The position numbers were made by a program, and so were the translations under genes. Shown one piece after another: positions 19,531-27,185 of a stretch of DNA of 31,718 bases. Positions within the stretch are counted from its first letter, which is position 1, and each line of letters opens with the position of its first letter. Source of the stretch: a virus (lineage: Duplodnaviria; Caudoviricetes); IMG/VR virus record IMGVR_UViG_3300025034_000048, positions 1 to 31,718 of that record; one strand, written 5' to 3'. The notes beneath the pieces were generated by a model. That model was given only the letters and a program-made list of their open reading frames with translations, had not been told where the DNA came from and ran no database searches.

Positions 19531-20331
19531 TTACTGCAGTGTATTCGACAGCGCGCTCAGCGAGCCGTCTGTTGCACTACGCACAAAAACCTGAGCGCGA
19601 ATCTTTGCATCCGCAATCAACGATACTCGCCACTTGCCTTTACCGTTTCCAAATGACCCAGACAGCCCCTTCGTTGGATTTCCAGACTCAAGATCGCCAG
19701 AGTTGAGTTGAATTGCGGCTCCCGGCATAACAGTGAGCGACACTTCGCCACCGACGTTGCCAGTATCATCTATCGGCCGCAACCGAACATTTGCCGGGAA
19801 CGAATCAATGTTTGCGATGCGGATGAACGTCTGTTGCGTTGGATTATCGGCCGGGTTCACGGCGAACAATTCAACGTCTGTAACACCGCCGATGGTAGCC
19901 AACGTAACTATTTGATCGAAAATCAATGTGCTTGCGTTAGGGTTGAACAACTTTACCCTTGCTGTGATTGCATCGCCTACCATAAACTCTCCGCTAACGC
20001 GTAGATTGGTTATTGCAAATGGGCCATCGGATACAACACAGATAGAAGTTTCATCTGAGCACGCAATATCGGCGCTGCCAATAACGGTAGGCGGAACAGC
20101 GAATGTCGCATTCTGCAATAGTACCGCAATCGAGAATCGTGACTCATTACCATCAACAAACAGGTTGCCTGGCAGAGAAATTACAGCAGTATGCTCGACG
20201 CGGAGTTCTGGACTACGGCAGATTCCGTCAAGATCGCCATAACAAACAGCACCCTCAGCAAACCCTAGAGACGACATCATCATCGCTGTACCGGCAAAGA
20301 TATATTTGAAGAGATGACTAATACGAGACAT
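19531..20331 (-). CDS. Exported beta-rich protein of unknown function (moron)
   Basis: Signal-peptide-like N-terminus ending LGFA-EG. C-terminal domain NPADNPTQQTFIRIAN...IDDTG...NSGDLESGNPTKGLSG..G.GKWR. Confidence 0.7.
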   Translation of the reverse strand: MSRISHLFKYIFAGTAMMMSSLGFAEGAVCYGDLDGICRSPELRVEHTAVISLPGNLFVDGNESRFSIAVLLQNATFAVPPTVIGSADIACSDETSICVVSDGPFAITNLRVSGEFMVGDAITARVKLFNPNASTLIFDQIVTLATIGGVTDVELFAVNPADNPTQQTFIRIANIDSFPANVRLRPIDDTGNVGGEVSLTVMPGAAIQLNSGDLESGNPTKGLSGSFGNGKGKWRVSLIADAKIRAQVFVRSATDGSLSALSNTLQ

Positions 20332-20334
20332 AAA

Positions 20335-20514
20335 TTACTCCTTTTTGATTTTGTCGGTGCGATTGATATGGTAAATTGCCGATGCCACGGAACTGGACGC
20401 CACCAGAGCGTCGACCCACCAAGGTAAAATTGCCGCGAATATAATAATTGCAGCGACGATCAACATATTAACAGGAGAAAAATTAAGAGAGGGAAAATTG
20501 AATTTGATACCCAT
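20335..20514 (-). CDS. Small membrane protein (59 aa)
   Basis: GAGGAG RBS before ATG 20514 (MGIKF...); hydrophobic core and basic C-terminus. Confidence 0.6.
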   Translation of the reverse strand: MGIKFNFPSLNFSPVNMLIVAAIIIFAAILPWWVDALVASSSVASAIYHINRTDKIKKE

Positions 20515-20628
20515 GATTGCTCCTCTGTGTCTCGCATACAACAACAGCAACACCGGCACTTTACGGGCAAACTAATGTGGGCTGCCGTAGCCGTGCAAGC
20601 ACCTCTAACGCGATGGTTGAAACCATAG

Positions 20629-22032
20629 TTACTCGGCGAACTCAGGGACGTCATCTTTCAGCATCTCATCGGTAGTATCTGTGTTCAGGTCTTCAGTACT
20701 GACCGGGTTCGACGAATTAGGCGCCTCCGGCATAGTGTCACCTGCAGGTACCTTTCGCGGCAATTGCAGGAAACTGCGGGCCTCCTCATCTGAAATTATA
20801 GGAGAGCCGAACCTACCTCGTGAGGCCAGACTATTAACTGCGCGCGATTGCGCTGCAAGTGCTTGGGCCTCTTCGAGCGGGGACATTTTAAACGCCTCAG
20901 GCCACGTGAATCTTACACCATTAAGCGCTTCGGTAGGCAGTAGCCCGAGAGCTATCAATCGGCGCAGCAGCGGCAACAATACATAAGGCTCCGCAAATAT
21001 CGTACGTCGGCGCTCTATGTAATCGGCCCAATTTGCGCGATCCTGAGCGGAGGCTAACTGACCCGCTTCCGCCCCTATCAAAAGTCGTTGGGGGATATTG
21101 GTCGCGGACGAGATCAGGGCTATTAGCACGCGAAAAACACCTGTGGGATCTGCCACTGACGACCCTAATTCGGTAATCGCCACACCGCGCGTGCGAATAT
21201 ACCGTCGCAATTGATGTTGGTATTCTTCCAACTCGTCAGTCAGATCTTTCTCATCCTCAGGGCTCAGCTGCATGTCCCGAGCTATATCCACCTGCATACC
21301 TCTGTTGGCTGTCAGCCAAAAGAGCTCGGAGCTGCCCCCCGAAATCTTCAGGAGATCCTGCAACGTATTACTAATCAATTCTAGTCGAGGACGTGAATAT
21401 ACTTGGCCTTGAAGAGGTTTGTCGACAATATGTACTACACGACTGTGATGAATGCGGATTGGCGTTCGCCGTGCCTCGTTGCCGTTCTGCGGTACGACCT
21501 CGTACATAGTCGGCTGGCCATATCTAACGCTCTGAGGGTCCTCATCGTATGCTTTTATGCTAACACTGTCTCCGCCGTGAGCTTGAATATAAACTATGTC
21601 CTCAAGTGACCGTACTTTAGGCGCAGGAGCTTCTGCCTTACCTGCCATCCCGAACCATAAGATCGCGAAGGGGCCAAAATTGCAGAGTTTGTCCGCCTGA
21701 ATAAGTCTATCCCATATGCTCAGCTGCTGCTCCAACTTTTTAAACACTGCCTCAAGCTCCAGCCCCAATTTAGAGTTCGAATCAGCATCGCCATCATCGG
21801 CCCCGACGCTGAAATCAGAAGCGTCGAACGTTACTTTGGGATGCAGTTCCCAAGTAGACTCTGCCGGCATATCGACAATACGCCCTACAATATCTTGCCT
21901 GTAGTACTTGTGCAGCAACGAGGAGCAGGGAATGGGATTTTCGTACCCAAACACTTTATCAAGATCACGCTTGCCACCAAAAATTAGGCCTGCAAGCCCT
22001 GCGAGCTTTGACCTGTCGAGTAGAGCTGACAT
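20629..22032 (-). CDS. Portal protein (DUF1073-like)
   Basis: Follows TerL; GRIVDMPAESTW, YGQPTMY, IHHSRVVH, ATNIPQRLLIG..GQLAS. Start at MSALL after AAGGAGG. Confidence 0.85.
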   Translation of the reverse strand: MSALLDRSKLAGLAGLIFGGKRDLDKVFGYENPIPCSSLLHKYYRQDIVGRIVDMPAESTWELHPKVTFDASDFSVGADDGDADSNSKLGLELEAVFKKLEQQLSIWDRLIQADKLCNFGPFAILWFGMAGKAEAPAPKVRSLEDIVYIQAHGGDSVSIKAYDEDPQSVRYGQPTMYEVVPQNGNEARRTPIRIHHSRVVHIVDKPLQGQVYSRPRLELISNTLQDLLKISGGSSELFWLTANRGMQVDIARDMQLSPEDEKDLTDELEEYQHQLRRYIRTRGVAITELGSSVADPTGVFRVLIALISSATNIPQRLLIGAEAGQLASAQDRANWADYIERRRTIFAEPYVLLPLLRRLIALGLLPTEALNGVRFTWPEAFKMSPLEEAQALAAQSRAVNSLASRGRFGSPIISDEEARSFLQLPRKVPAGDTMPEAPNSSNPVSTEDLNTDTTDEMLKDDVPEFAE

Positions 22033-22047
22033 TGCTGCCTCCTTCAA

Positions 22048-24096
22048 TTAAAAAACGCGACGACCAAATACTACGCCTGAGATTACATTCGAACTTGTGC
22101 TGGGCAACAGTAGCGGCGATGACCGCCCGACGTTGTTAGGAGCAACGTCCGAGCCTACAGTATCCAGCATAGCATCCGTCGGAGCTTTGGTGCCGTGCCG
22201 ACCCCAAGTCGATAGACTATGATTGACTAAGTGTAGGTGATTAAACGCCTGCGACACACTGTCTAAAGTATCATCGTGCGTGCCGTTAGGGGCGTCTTTC
22301 AGCTCTTTGATGTGCGCTTCATTCCACGTAGCCCGTAGCATCTGAATACGCCCATGCGACACTGCAGCTGCATAGGGCTGCGCCCTAATCCATTTATTAC
22401 GCTGTGCAGGCGTAATATGCACTCTATATCCTCTCAAGACGTTGCTGGCCAAATGCTGTGCATAAGCCTTACCTGAAGCTCCAGGTTCTTGCTCAATTAT
22501 AATCGGACATTGAGGGCCATCACTCGCCGCCGTCTGCTGCATTGTCAATTCAATGTCAGCAGGTTCCCATCGACCTCTAATCATGTCAGCAATTGCAGTC
22601 AGAGCCACAGGAGAGCTCGCTCGCTCATTCGTGCCTACAAGCGACCCCACCGTGTAATCGCCCTTCTTTTTGCTTTCGTCGGTGGCGGCTAAATCCCACG
22701 AGCGTACCCACCTAAATCGTTCAGGATTTTCCAGTGTGTCAACAATACGCAACATTGAGGTGTCAATTTGTTGCGACCCCTCAGGCTGAGGGTCCTGCTG
22801 GTACAGCGCCTGAAAAATAAATTGCCCTACAACCTGTCGAATCTCATCTAAGGCCTTCTCATTGTATCTCTCAGGCCAGAGAGCTTGTCCAGGAGCGCGA
22901 TTTAAAACATCGTTTTCGCCCGCCAACGCAGGCAACCTGATTATATGCCATAAATGCTCTTTATCTTCAGCGCGTATGCGTCCAATGAGATCATTAAGAG
23001 CCCATCTAGTAGCTAGGATTACGACAGACCCGTTAGGTTCAAGACGCGAATAGGCGGTCGAACGCCACCAATTCCATATAGTTTCCTGCTGCACTGTACT
23101 GATAGCTTCAGTCCAGTTTTTAACATAGTCATCGATTATGAGTAGATGCGCGCCTTTACCTGTGATTGTACCGCCTACACCGGCGCTTATCATCCCTCCA
23201 TTTTCACTGGTGAGGAAGAGGCTGGTGCGTTGGACATCACTTCTGATAGTAGTGTCGAATATCTTCCTTGGATTCTCAAGGAATACATCTCGGACCTGCC
23301 GGCCAAACCCTGCAGCAAGATCGGCGCCATAGCTTGACAGGATCACATTTGCCCAAGGATACTTCTCAAGGAACCAGATGGGAGTGTTGATCGAGATCAA
23401 CTCAGAGTTATGGACAATAACATTTTGGACGGTAAACGTCTCATCAATGTCGACCGTCAGGCAGCGGCATTCACGGAGGGTACCTGGTGCGACTGAGACT
23501 ACGGTATCCTCTGAATGGAAGCTGGGCTGATTATCCGGTGTGTTAAGAACAATCAATTCATCCCCAGGCGCAAGTTCGGCTGCGGTTTTCCAGCCGAGGC
23601 TTGTCAAGTGCGGATGATCTAAAGCTGGATGCAACTTCCTGCCACTCCGAGTTGCAATGAGCAGGGTCGGTAAAAAACCCTGTTCGTGTACTGCGAGAAC
23701 TCTGCGAGGGTTACCTGTATGCGTAATTACGTAGTCGCCTACCTTTACATCGCCTAAACGCTTATAAACGCCGCCGCGCATCAGAATAAAGGAACTGACG
23801 CAATAAGGTTTCCCGTGTCGCGGAGGACATTCCACAATAATCCGAGCACCTCCTTGACTAATCTCACTGGCCAATAAGCTTGACACATACAAGAGATGTT
23901 CAGCCGGAATCCAACGGCCATTCGTGCGATAATATGCTAATGTACCTGGAGTGAGTTTAACCGCCTGTTTAAACGCACCAGACCGCGGATCCAAACTCGA
24001 CTCCAGCACTAGCCGGGTATCGAGCTTGTCTAGGCCGGATTGCTTGGATATAGAAGCCTCATGGAGCGACCGGAATTTATCTTCCACCCTTGCCAC
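22048..24096 (-). CDS. terL: Terminase large subunit, intein-containing
   Basis: Walker A CPPRHGK|SEL interrupted by an intein, Walker B LLIIDD, coupling motif ATRW, nuclease motifs SWDLA, IEQEPG and HDDTLDS. Confidence 0.93.
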   Translation of the reverse strand: MARVEDKFRSLHEASISKQSGLDKLDTRLVLESSLDPRSGAFKQAVKLTPGTLAYYRTNGRWIPAEHLLYVSSLLASEISQGGARIIVECPPRHGKPYCVSSFILMRGGVYKRLGDVKVGDYVITHTGNPRRVLAVHEQGFLPTLLIATRSGRKLHPALDHPHLTSLGWKTAAELAPGDELIVLNTPDNQPSFHSEDTVVSVAPGTLRECRCLTVDIDETFTVQNVIVHNSELISINTPIWFLEKYPWANVILSSYGADLAAGFGRQVRDVFLENPRKIFDTTIRSDVQRTSLFLTSENGGMISAGVGGTITGKGAHLLIIDDYVKNWTEAISTVQQETIWNWWRSTAYSRLEPNGSVVILATRWALNDLIGRIRAEDKEHLWHIIRLPALAGENDVLNRAPGQALWPERYNEKALDEIRQVVGQFIFQALYQQDPQPEGSQQIDTSMLRIVDTLENPERFRWVRSWDLAATDESKKKGDYTVGSLVGTNERASSPVALTAIADMIRGRWEPADIELTMQQTAASDGPQCPIIIEQEPGASGKAYAQHLASNVLRGYRVHITPAQRNKWIRAQPYAAAVSHGRIQMLRATWNEAHIKELKDAPNGTHDDTLDSVSQAFNHLHLVNHSLSTWGRHGTKAPTDAMLDTVGSDVAPNNVGRSSPLLLPSTSSNVISGVVFGRRVF
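23407..23808 (-). mobile_element. Mini-intein (134 aa, no homing endonuclease) in the TerL Walker A motif
   Basis: PYCVSSFILMRGGVYKRLGDVKVGD...DHPHLT..GWKTAAEL.PGD...CRCLTVDIDETFTVQNVIVHN/S. Removal restores PPRHGKSELIS. Confidence 0.9.
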
Positions 24097-24103
24097 CTAT
24101 ACT

Positions 24104-25180
24104 TTAAGAAGCATTGTTAGTGTTGACAGACTTGGTGACCTTAACAATCATTTCCTGGATCTGATTGGTGGTAACGTTGTCCTCCAGTAGGTTGTTCAGA
24201 ACTTTATGAGTGCTGTGGCTGAAGGCGTTCGACATAGAGCCAGGCCCTGAATTCGAAGTCTCCAAATTGGCTTTCAAGCTCATAGAGCGCAAGATCATTT
24301 CAAAAGAGGACTCGCTGTCTTCATCACGCTCTTTGCTAGGCAGTGGATTAGCTGCAGGTAGGCCGACTGAAACTCTTTGATTCTTGGTGACCTTGTCATA
24401 CAGGGCTACAATTGCCGTATCAGAGAGTGAGTCGAGGAATTTTGCCTCACCCATTTTGCGCGCTATGCCCTCGAGGATGCTCGATGAGAGCAGAAACTGC
24501 GCGTCCTCCACAGAGACTTGCCTGCGCATCCTGAGGTGTTTATAAGCAGCCTCCTTGTACAAGTCATAAGCCTTAGCCCGTGGCCGCCAACCGTACAACT
24601 GCATGTACTCGTAGATAATGGGCAGAAACTGTTGCGACGTAAAACCTTCGCCCTCGCCCTCGCCCTCGCCCCTGCCCCTGCCCTCGCCCTCGCCCGAGAG
24701 ATAGACTCTGCCTGCTAGAGCACGAAGTTCTGGATTGGAGGCTAACTTGGTTATGTCTCGCGGGCCGAAGTTTACCATCTCCAGATACGTCTGGAAAACT
24801 CCGTAAGCGAACCCAGGTTCAAAACTTAATTTATCCCAATAAGGTACGCCGGCATTTAGGGTTGGATACCCTAGGCTATAGTCAAGCTCCACAAAAGCAT
24901 TGCGGATTTGATCCATAGTGTCGTCGTCGTCGAAGTTAACTAGAGCCTTACTTGCTCTGTCTGCCCCGTCTGCCCCCACACCACTGGTACATTGCGGCAG
25001 TAAATCGACTCGATAGAATCCCACAGGCAGCCCTTCGGCTGTGTTAGGAATTTTCTGGTTTAACATCGATATCAGTTGCGCGCGATATCCTATTTCAGCT
25101 TCAGCTTCAGCTACAGCTACAGCTCCAGCTTCGGGTGCATGACTCAGATTAGATAGCATAACACCAGCTCTGTCGACCAT
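24104..25180 (-). CDS. Probable terminase small subunit, unusually long (358 aa)
   Basis: Immediately upstream of terL. WDKLSFEPGFAYGVFQTYLEM..GPR.I..LA...YGWRPRAKAYD resembles a TerS-type HTH signature. Confidence 0.6.
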   Translation of the reverse strand: MVDRAGVMLSNLSHAPEAGAVAVAEAEAEIGYRAQLISMLNQKIPNTAEGLPVGFYRVDLLPQCTSGVGADGADRASKALVNFDDDDTMDQIRNAFVELDYSLGYPTLNAGVPYWDKLSFEPGFAYGVFQTYLEMVNFGPRDITKLASNPELRALAGRVYLSGEGEGRGRGEGEGEGEGFTSQQFLPIIYEYMQLYGWRPRAKAYDLYKEAAYKHLRMRRQVSVEDAQFLLSSSILEGIARKMGEAKFLDSLSDTAIVALYDKVTKNQRVSVGLPAANPLPSKERDEDSESSFEMILRSMSLKANLETSNSGPGSMSNAFSHSTHKVLNNLLEDNVTTNQIQEMIVKVTKSVNTNNAS

Positions 25181-25206
25181 CGTTGTCGTTGTCGGTCGTT
25201 GGTTAT

Positions 25207-25235
25207 ATTATATCACACATACAAAGATAAATCAA
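25207..25235 (-). promoter_or_regulatory. Sigma70-consensus promoter for the packaging operon
   Basis: TTGATT-17 nt-TATAAT with TGA extended -10, 27 nt upstream of ATG 25180. Confidence 0.75.
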
Positions 25236-25346
25236 CTTGCTCTTCGATCTCATTTGGTATATGGCCGCCGGATTTGTAAAATTGCGTAGGTTGTAGTGAG
25301 TGCTACCGTACCGTATATTAGGAACTACTTACGTACAAACGAAGTC

Positions 25347-25420
25347 GCCCTCTAAAGCCCTGCAAAGCCCCGCAAAGCCCTGTAAAGCCCTGTAGGGCCC
25401 CCGTAGAGCCCTCCGCAAAG
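25347..25420. repeat. 10-bp-period tandem repeat GCCC(T/C)(G/C)(T/C)AAA, about 7 copies
   Basis: gccctctaaa gccctgcaaa gccccgcaaa gccctgtaaa gccctgtagg gcccccgtaga gccctccgcaaag. Confidence 0.9.
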
Positions 25421-25441
25421 TTATGCGCCAACCGCATTCAC

Positions 25442-25469
25442 CTTACATTAAGCATACCCCGGGTATAAT
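25442..25469 (+). promoter_or_regulatory. Rightward promoter with operator-like palindrome
   Basis: TATAAT at 25464-25469, weak -35 region, and ATACCC-C-GGGTAT inverted repeat (25454-25466) overlapping the -10. Confidence 0.5.
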
Positions 25470-25510
25470 GATTATGTAGTCAAAAAGACTACACACCGAA
25501 GGAAGAGGTC

Positions 25511-25738
25511 ATGAGCAACAGTGCAGTCGCAACTATCGAAGAGGTCGAAGAGGTCGAAGCAGCAGCTGCCGAGGAGGCCCTCAAGAGTCATCTGGCGACA
25601 CTGCCTACGATATCCGCAAGGATTCGCTACCTGCGCCACGAGGTCGGTATGCAGCGCGGCGAGGTCGCCAAGCTTTTGAACGTTCGCTACCAACACGTCC
25701 GCAACGTGGAGCTTCAGCTGCTGAAGCGCGTACAGTAA
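25511..25738 (+). CDS. Small HTH DNA-binding protein with acidic N-terminus
   Basis: GAGG RBS; SARIRYLRHEVGMQRGEVAKLLNVRYQHVRNV. Confidence 0.8.
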   Translation: MSNSAVATIEEVEEVEAAAAEEALKSHLATLPTISARIRYLRHEVGMQRGEVAKLLNVRYQHVRNVELQLLKRVQ

Positions 25739-25807
25739 CGACCATCGACCATCCGCGGCCTATCAGCAACAGGTAGGTCGCGGCCCCTCACCCTCAAGGA
25801 GACTCAA

Positions 25808-25885
25808 ATGGAAGTCATCATGTTGGTCGTATTCACCGCTATCGCGCTAGCTGTAGTACGCGTCCTGAGGCCCTGGACCAGGTAA
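25808..25885 (+). CDS. 25-aa membrane microprotein; not in the ORF track
   Basis: AAGGAG RBS; MEVIMLVVFTAIALAVVRVLRPWTR*; followed by an intrinsic terminator. Confidence 0.65.
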   Translation: MEVIMLVVFTAIALAVVRVLRPWTR

Positions 25886-25918
25886 CAACAACAGCTGCCG
25901 CTGCTACAGCGTCAATTG

Positions 25919-25952
25919 AGGCTACTGCCCTAGCGGCGGTAGCCTTTTTTTT
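25919..25952 (+). terminator. Rho-independent terminator
   Basis: AGGCTACTGCC-ctagc-GGCGGTAGCC followed by T8. Confidence 0.85.
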
Positions 25953-26021
25953 GCCTCCGCGACCCTGAGGCCCAGGTCATAACCCCCACTCTCTCCTGCA
26001 ATCACTAGGTCCTCCACAGGC

Positions 26022-26056
26022 AAACAAAAGGCCTACCCTTTGCTACAGGTAGGCCT
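26022..26056 (-). terminator. Rho-independent terminator
   Basis: Minus strand AGGCCTACC-tgtagcaaag-GGTAGGCCT-TTTGTTT. Confidence 0.75.
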
Positions 26057-26157
26057 CTCGTCAACCTCTGCTACAGGTTACCAGAAGGTACTGACCAGGA
26101 CCATCAGAAGCAAGAAACAAATTCCGTAGGCCAGACCTTTCAGGAAGTGTTTCATTC

Positions 26158-26631
26158 TCATGCCTCCTCGCTGTCGATGGTCTCGACCATCACCTGCATC
26201 TCATCGGAAGTCAACTCCCCAACCTCAAGTTCCGGAGCCTCAATCAGGACCGGCGAGGCAACCTCCGGCTCCGGCTCCGACTCAGCGACCTCCACCTCAG
26301 CAGGGGCCGACTTGAGAGGTTGCGAGAGAACGTTGTACGCATGCTGGTACCGAATGCCCAACTTCTTGGCGATCACCGAGGTAGACCACCCACGAGCACT
26401 CAGCATGCGGATTGCACTGGACTTGGTTTTGCAGGCCGCAAGAGCGTCCTCCAAACCGACCCGTGACTTGCAGATCGAAAGGAAGTCAGGCAAATCCTCG
26501 ACAGCCTGTTCGACGGTCTCGAAGGTCTCATTGACCTGTTCAGCGGTCTCGACGGTCTCATTGACCTGTTCAGCGGCCTGTTCGAAGATTTCATTGACCT
26601 GTTCGATCAACTTACGGTTACGACGTGCCAT
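26158..26631 (-). CDS. HTH DNA-binding protein with acidic repeats; paralog of 25511..25738
   Basis: CAGGAG RBS; KSSAIRMLSARGWSTSVIAKKLGIRYQHAYNVL flanked by EQVNE repeats and an acidic tail. Confidence 0.8.
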   Translation of the reverse strand: MARRNRKLIEQVNEIFEQAAEQVNETVETAEQVNETFETVEQAVEDLPDFLSICKSRVGLEDALAACKTKSSAIRMLSARGWSTSVIAKKLGIRYQHAYNVLSQPLKSAPAEVEVAESEPEPEVASPVLIEAPELEVGELTSDEMQVMVETIDSEEA

Positions 26632-26687
26632 GATGTACTCCTGTTGAGTTGAGGATGTGTGGAATGATATTTCCTTTCCACATGATT

Positions 26688-26717
26688 ATTATAGCGTACC
26701 TCTTGAGGTCGAAGCAA
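26688..26717 (-). promoter_or_regulatory. Sigma70-like promoter with palindrome in the spacer
   Basis: TTGCTT-18 nt-TATAAT; the spacer contains ACCTC-NN-GAGGT. Confidence 0.7.
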
Positions 26718-26742
26718 GCAGTTTTTACGGGTCACTTTGCGG

Positions 26743-26862
26743 TCACAATTCGCCGCGTACCGCCAGAACCTCCACAGCGCAGATGACCGCCAACATTACT
26801 GCATACACCCACAACCAGAATGGGCGTTCTGCCCAGTCATCGGACTCAGGCCAGATCTTCAT
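26743..26862 (-). CDS. 39-aa membrane microprotein; not in the ORF track
   Basis: CAGGAG RBS and its own promoter; MKIWPESDDWAERPFWLWVYAVMLAVICAVEVLAVRGEL*. Confidence 0.65.
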   Translation of the reverse strand: MKIWPESDDWAERPFWLWVYAVMLAVICAVEVLAVRGEL

Positions 26863-26897
26863 GATGTTTCTCCTGCTAGGCTGTTGCTGGAATATTT

Positions 26898-26927
26898 ATT
26901 ATAGCATATCACTATGGGGCAAATCAA
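26898..26927 (-). promoter_or_regulatory. Sigma70-consensus promoter
   Basis: TTGATT-18 nt-TATAAT with TGC extended -10. Confidence 0.7.
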
Positions 26928-27007
26928 GTGGCCTCTTTTGCCTGCAACTCTGCCACTCGCCCTCGCTTTTACAGGGCCAACTAAAGTCGGCTGTCGTAGT
27001 AGCGCAA

Positions 27008-27080
27008 GCACGTGCGTAGGTACGTGTACGTAGGTACGTAGGTACGTAGGTACGTGTACGCGTGTACGTAGGTACGTAGG
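27008..27080. repeat. GTACGTAG / GTACGT tandem repeat array
   Basis: gcacgtgcgtaggtacgtgtacgtaggtacgtaggtacgtaggtacgtgtacgcgtgtacgtaggtacgtagg. Confidence 0.9.
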
Positions 27081-27185
27081 GCGACTATGCGGACCGACCC
27101 CTCTTTCTCTTTCTACTCGTCAATATTGGTACCAACAATGTTAGTGTGGCCCTATGTTTTGCGGCTCTCCCACATATGTTTAGTG

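Noticed and set aside
20629-22032. Possible 'anti-CBASS Acb1' label often attached to DUF1073 proteins
   Set aside because: Size, motifs and position directly after terL indicate a portal protein.
238-24718. Numerous plus-strand ORFs of 60-250 aa across the structural region
   Set aside because: They are antisense shadows of well-supported minus-strand genes, with no convincing RBS or recognisable motifs.
26500-26610. CRISPR-like repeats (TCATTGACCTGTTC x3)
   Set aside because: Period is 30-33 bp, intervening sequences are related, and the repeats encode in-frame EQVNE units; there are no cas genes.
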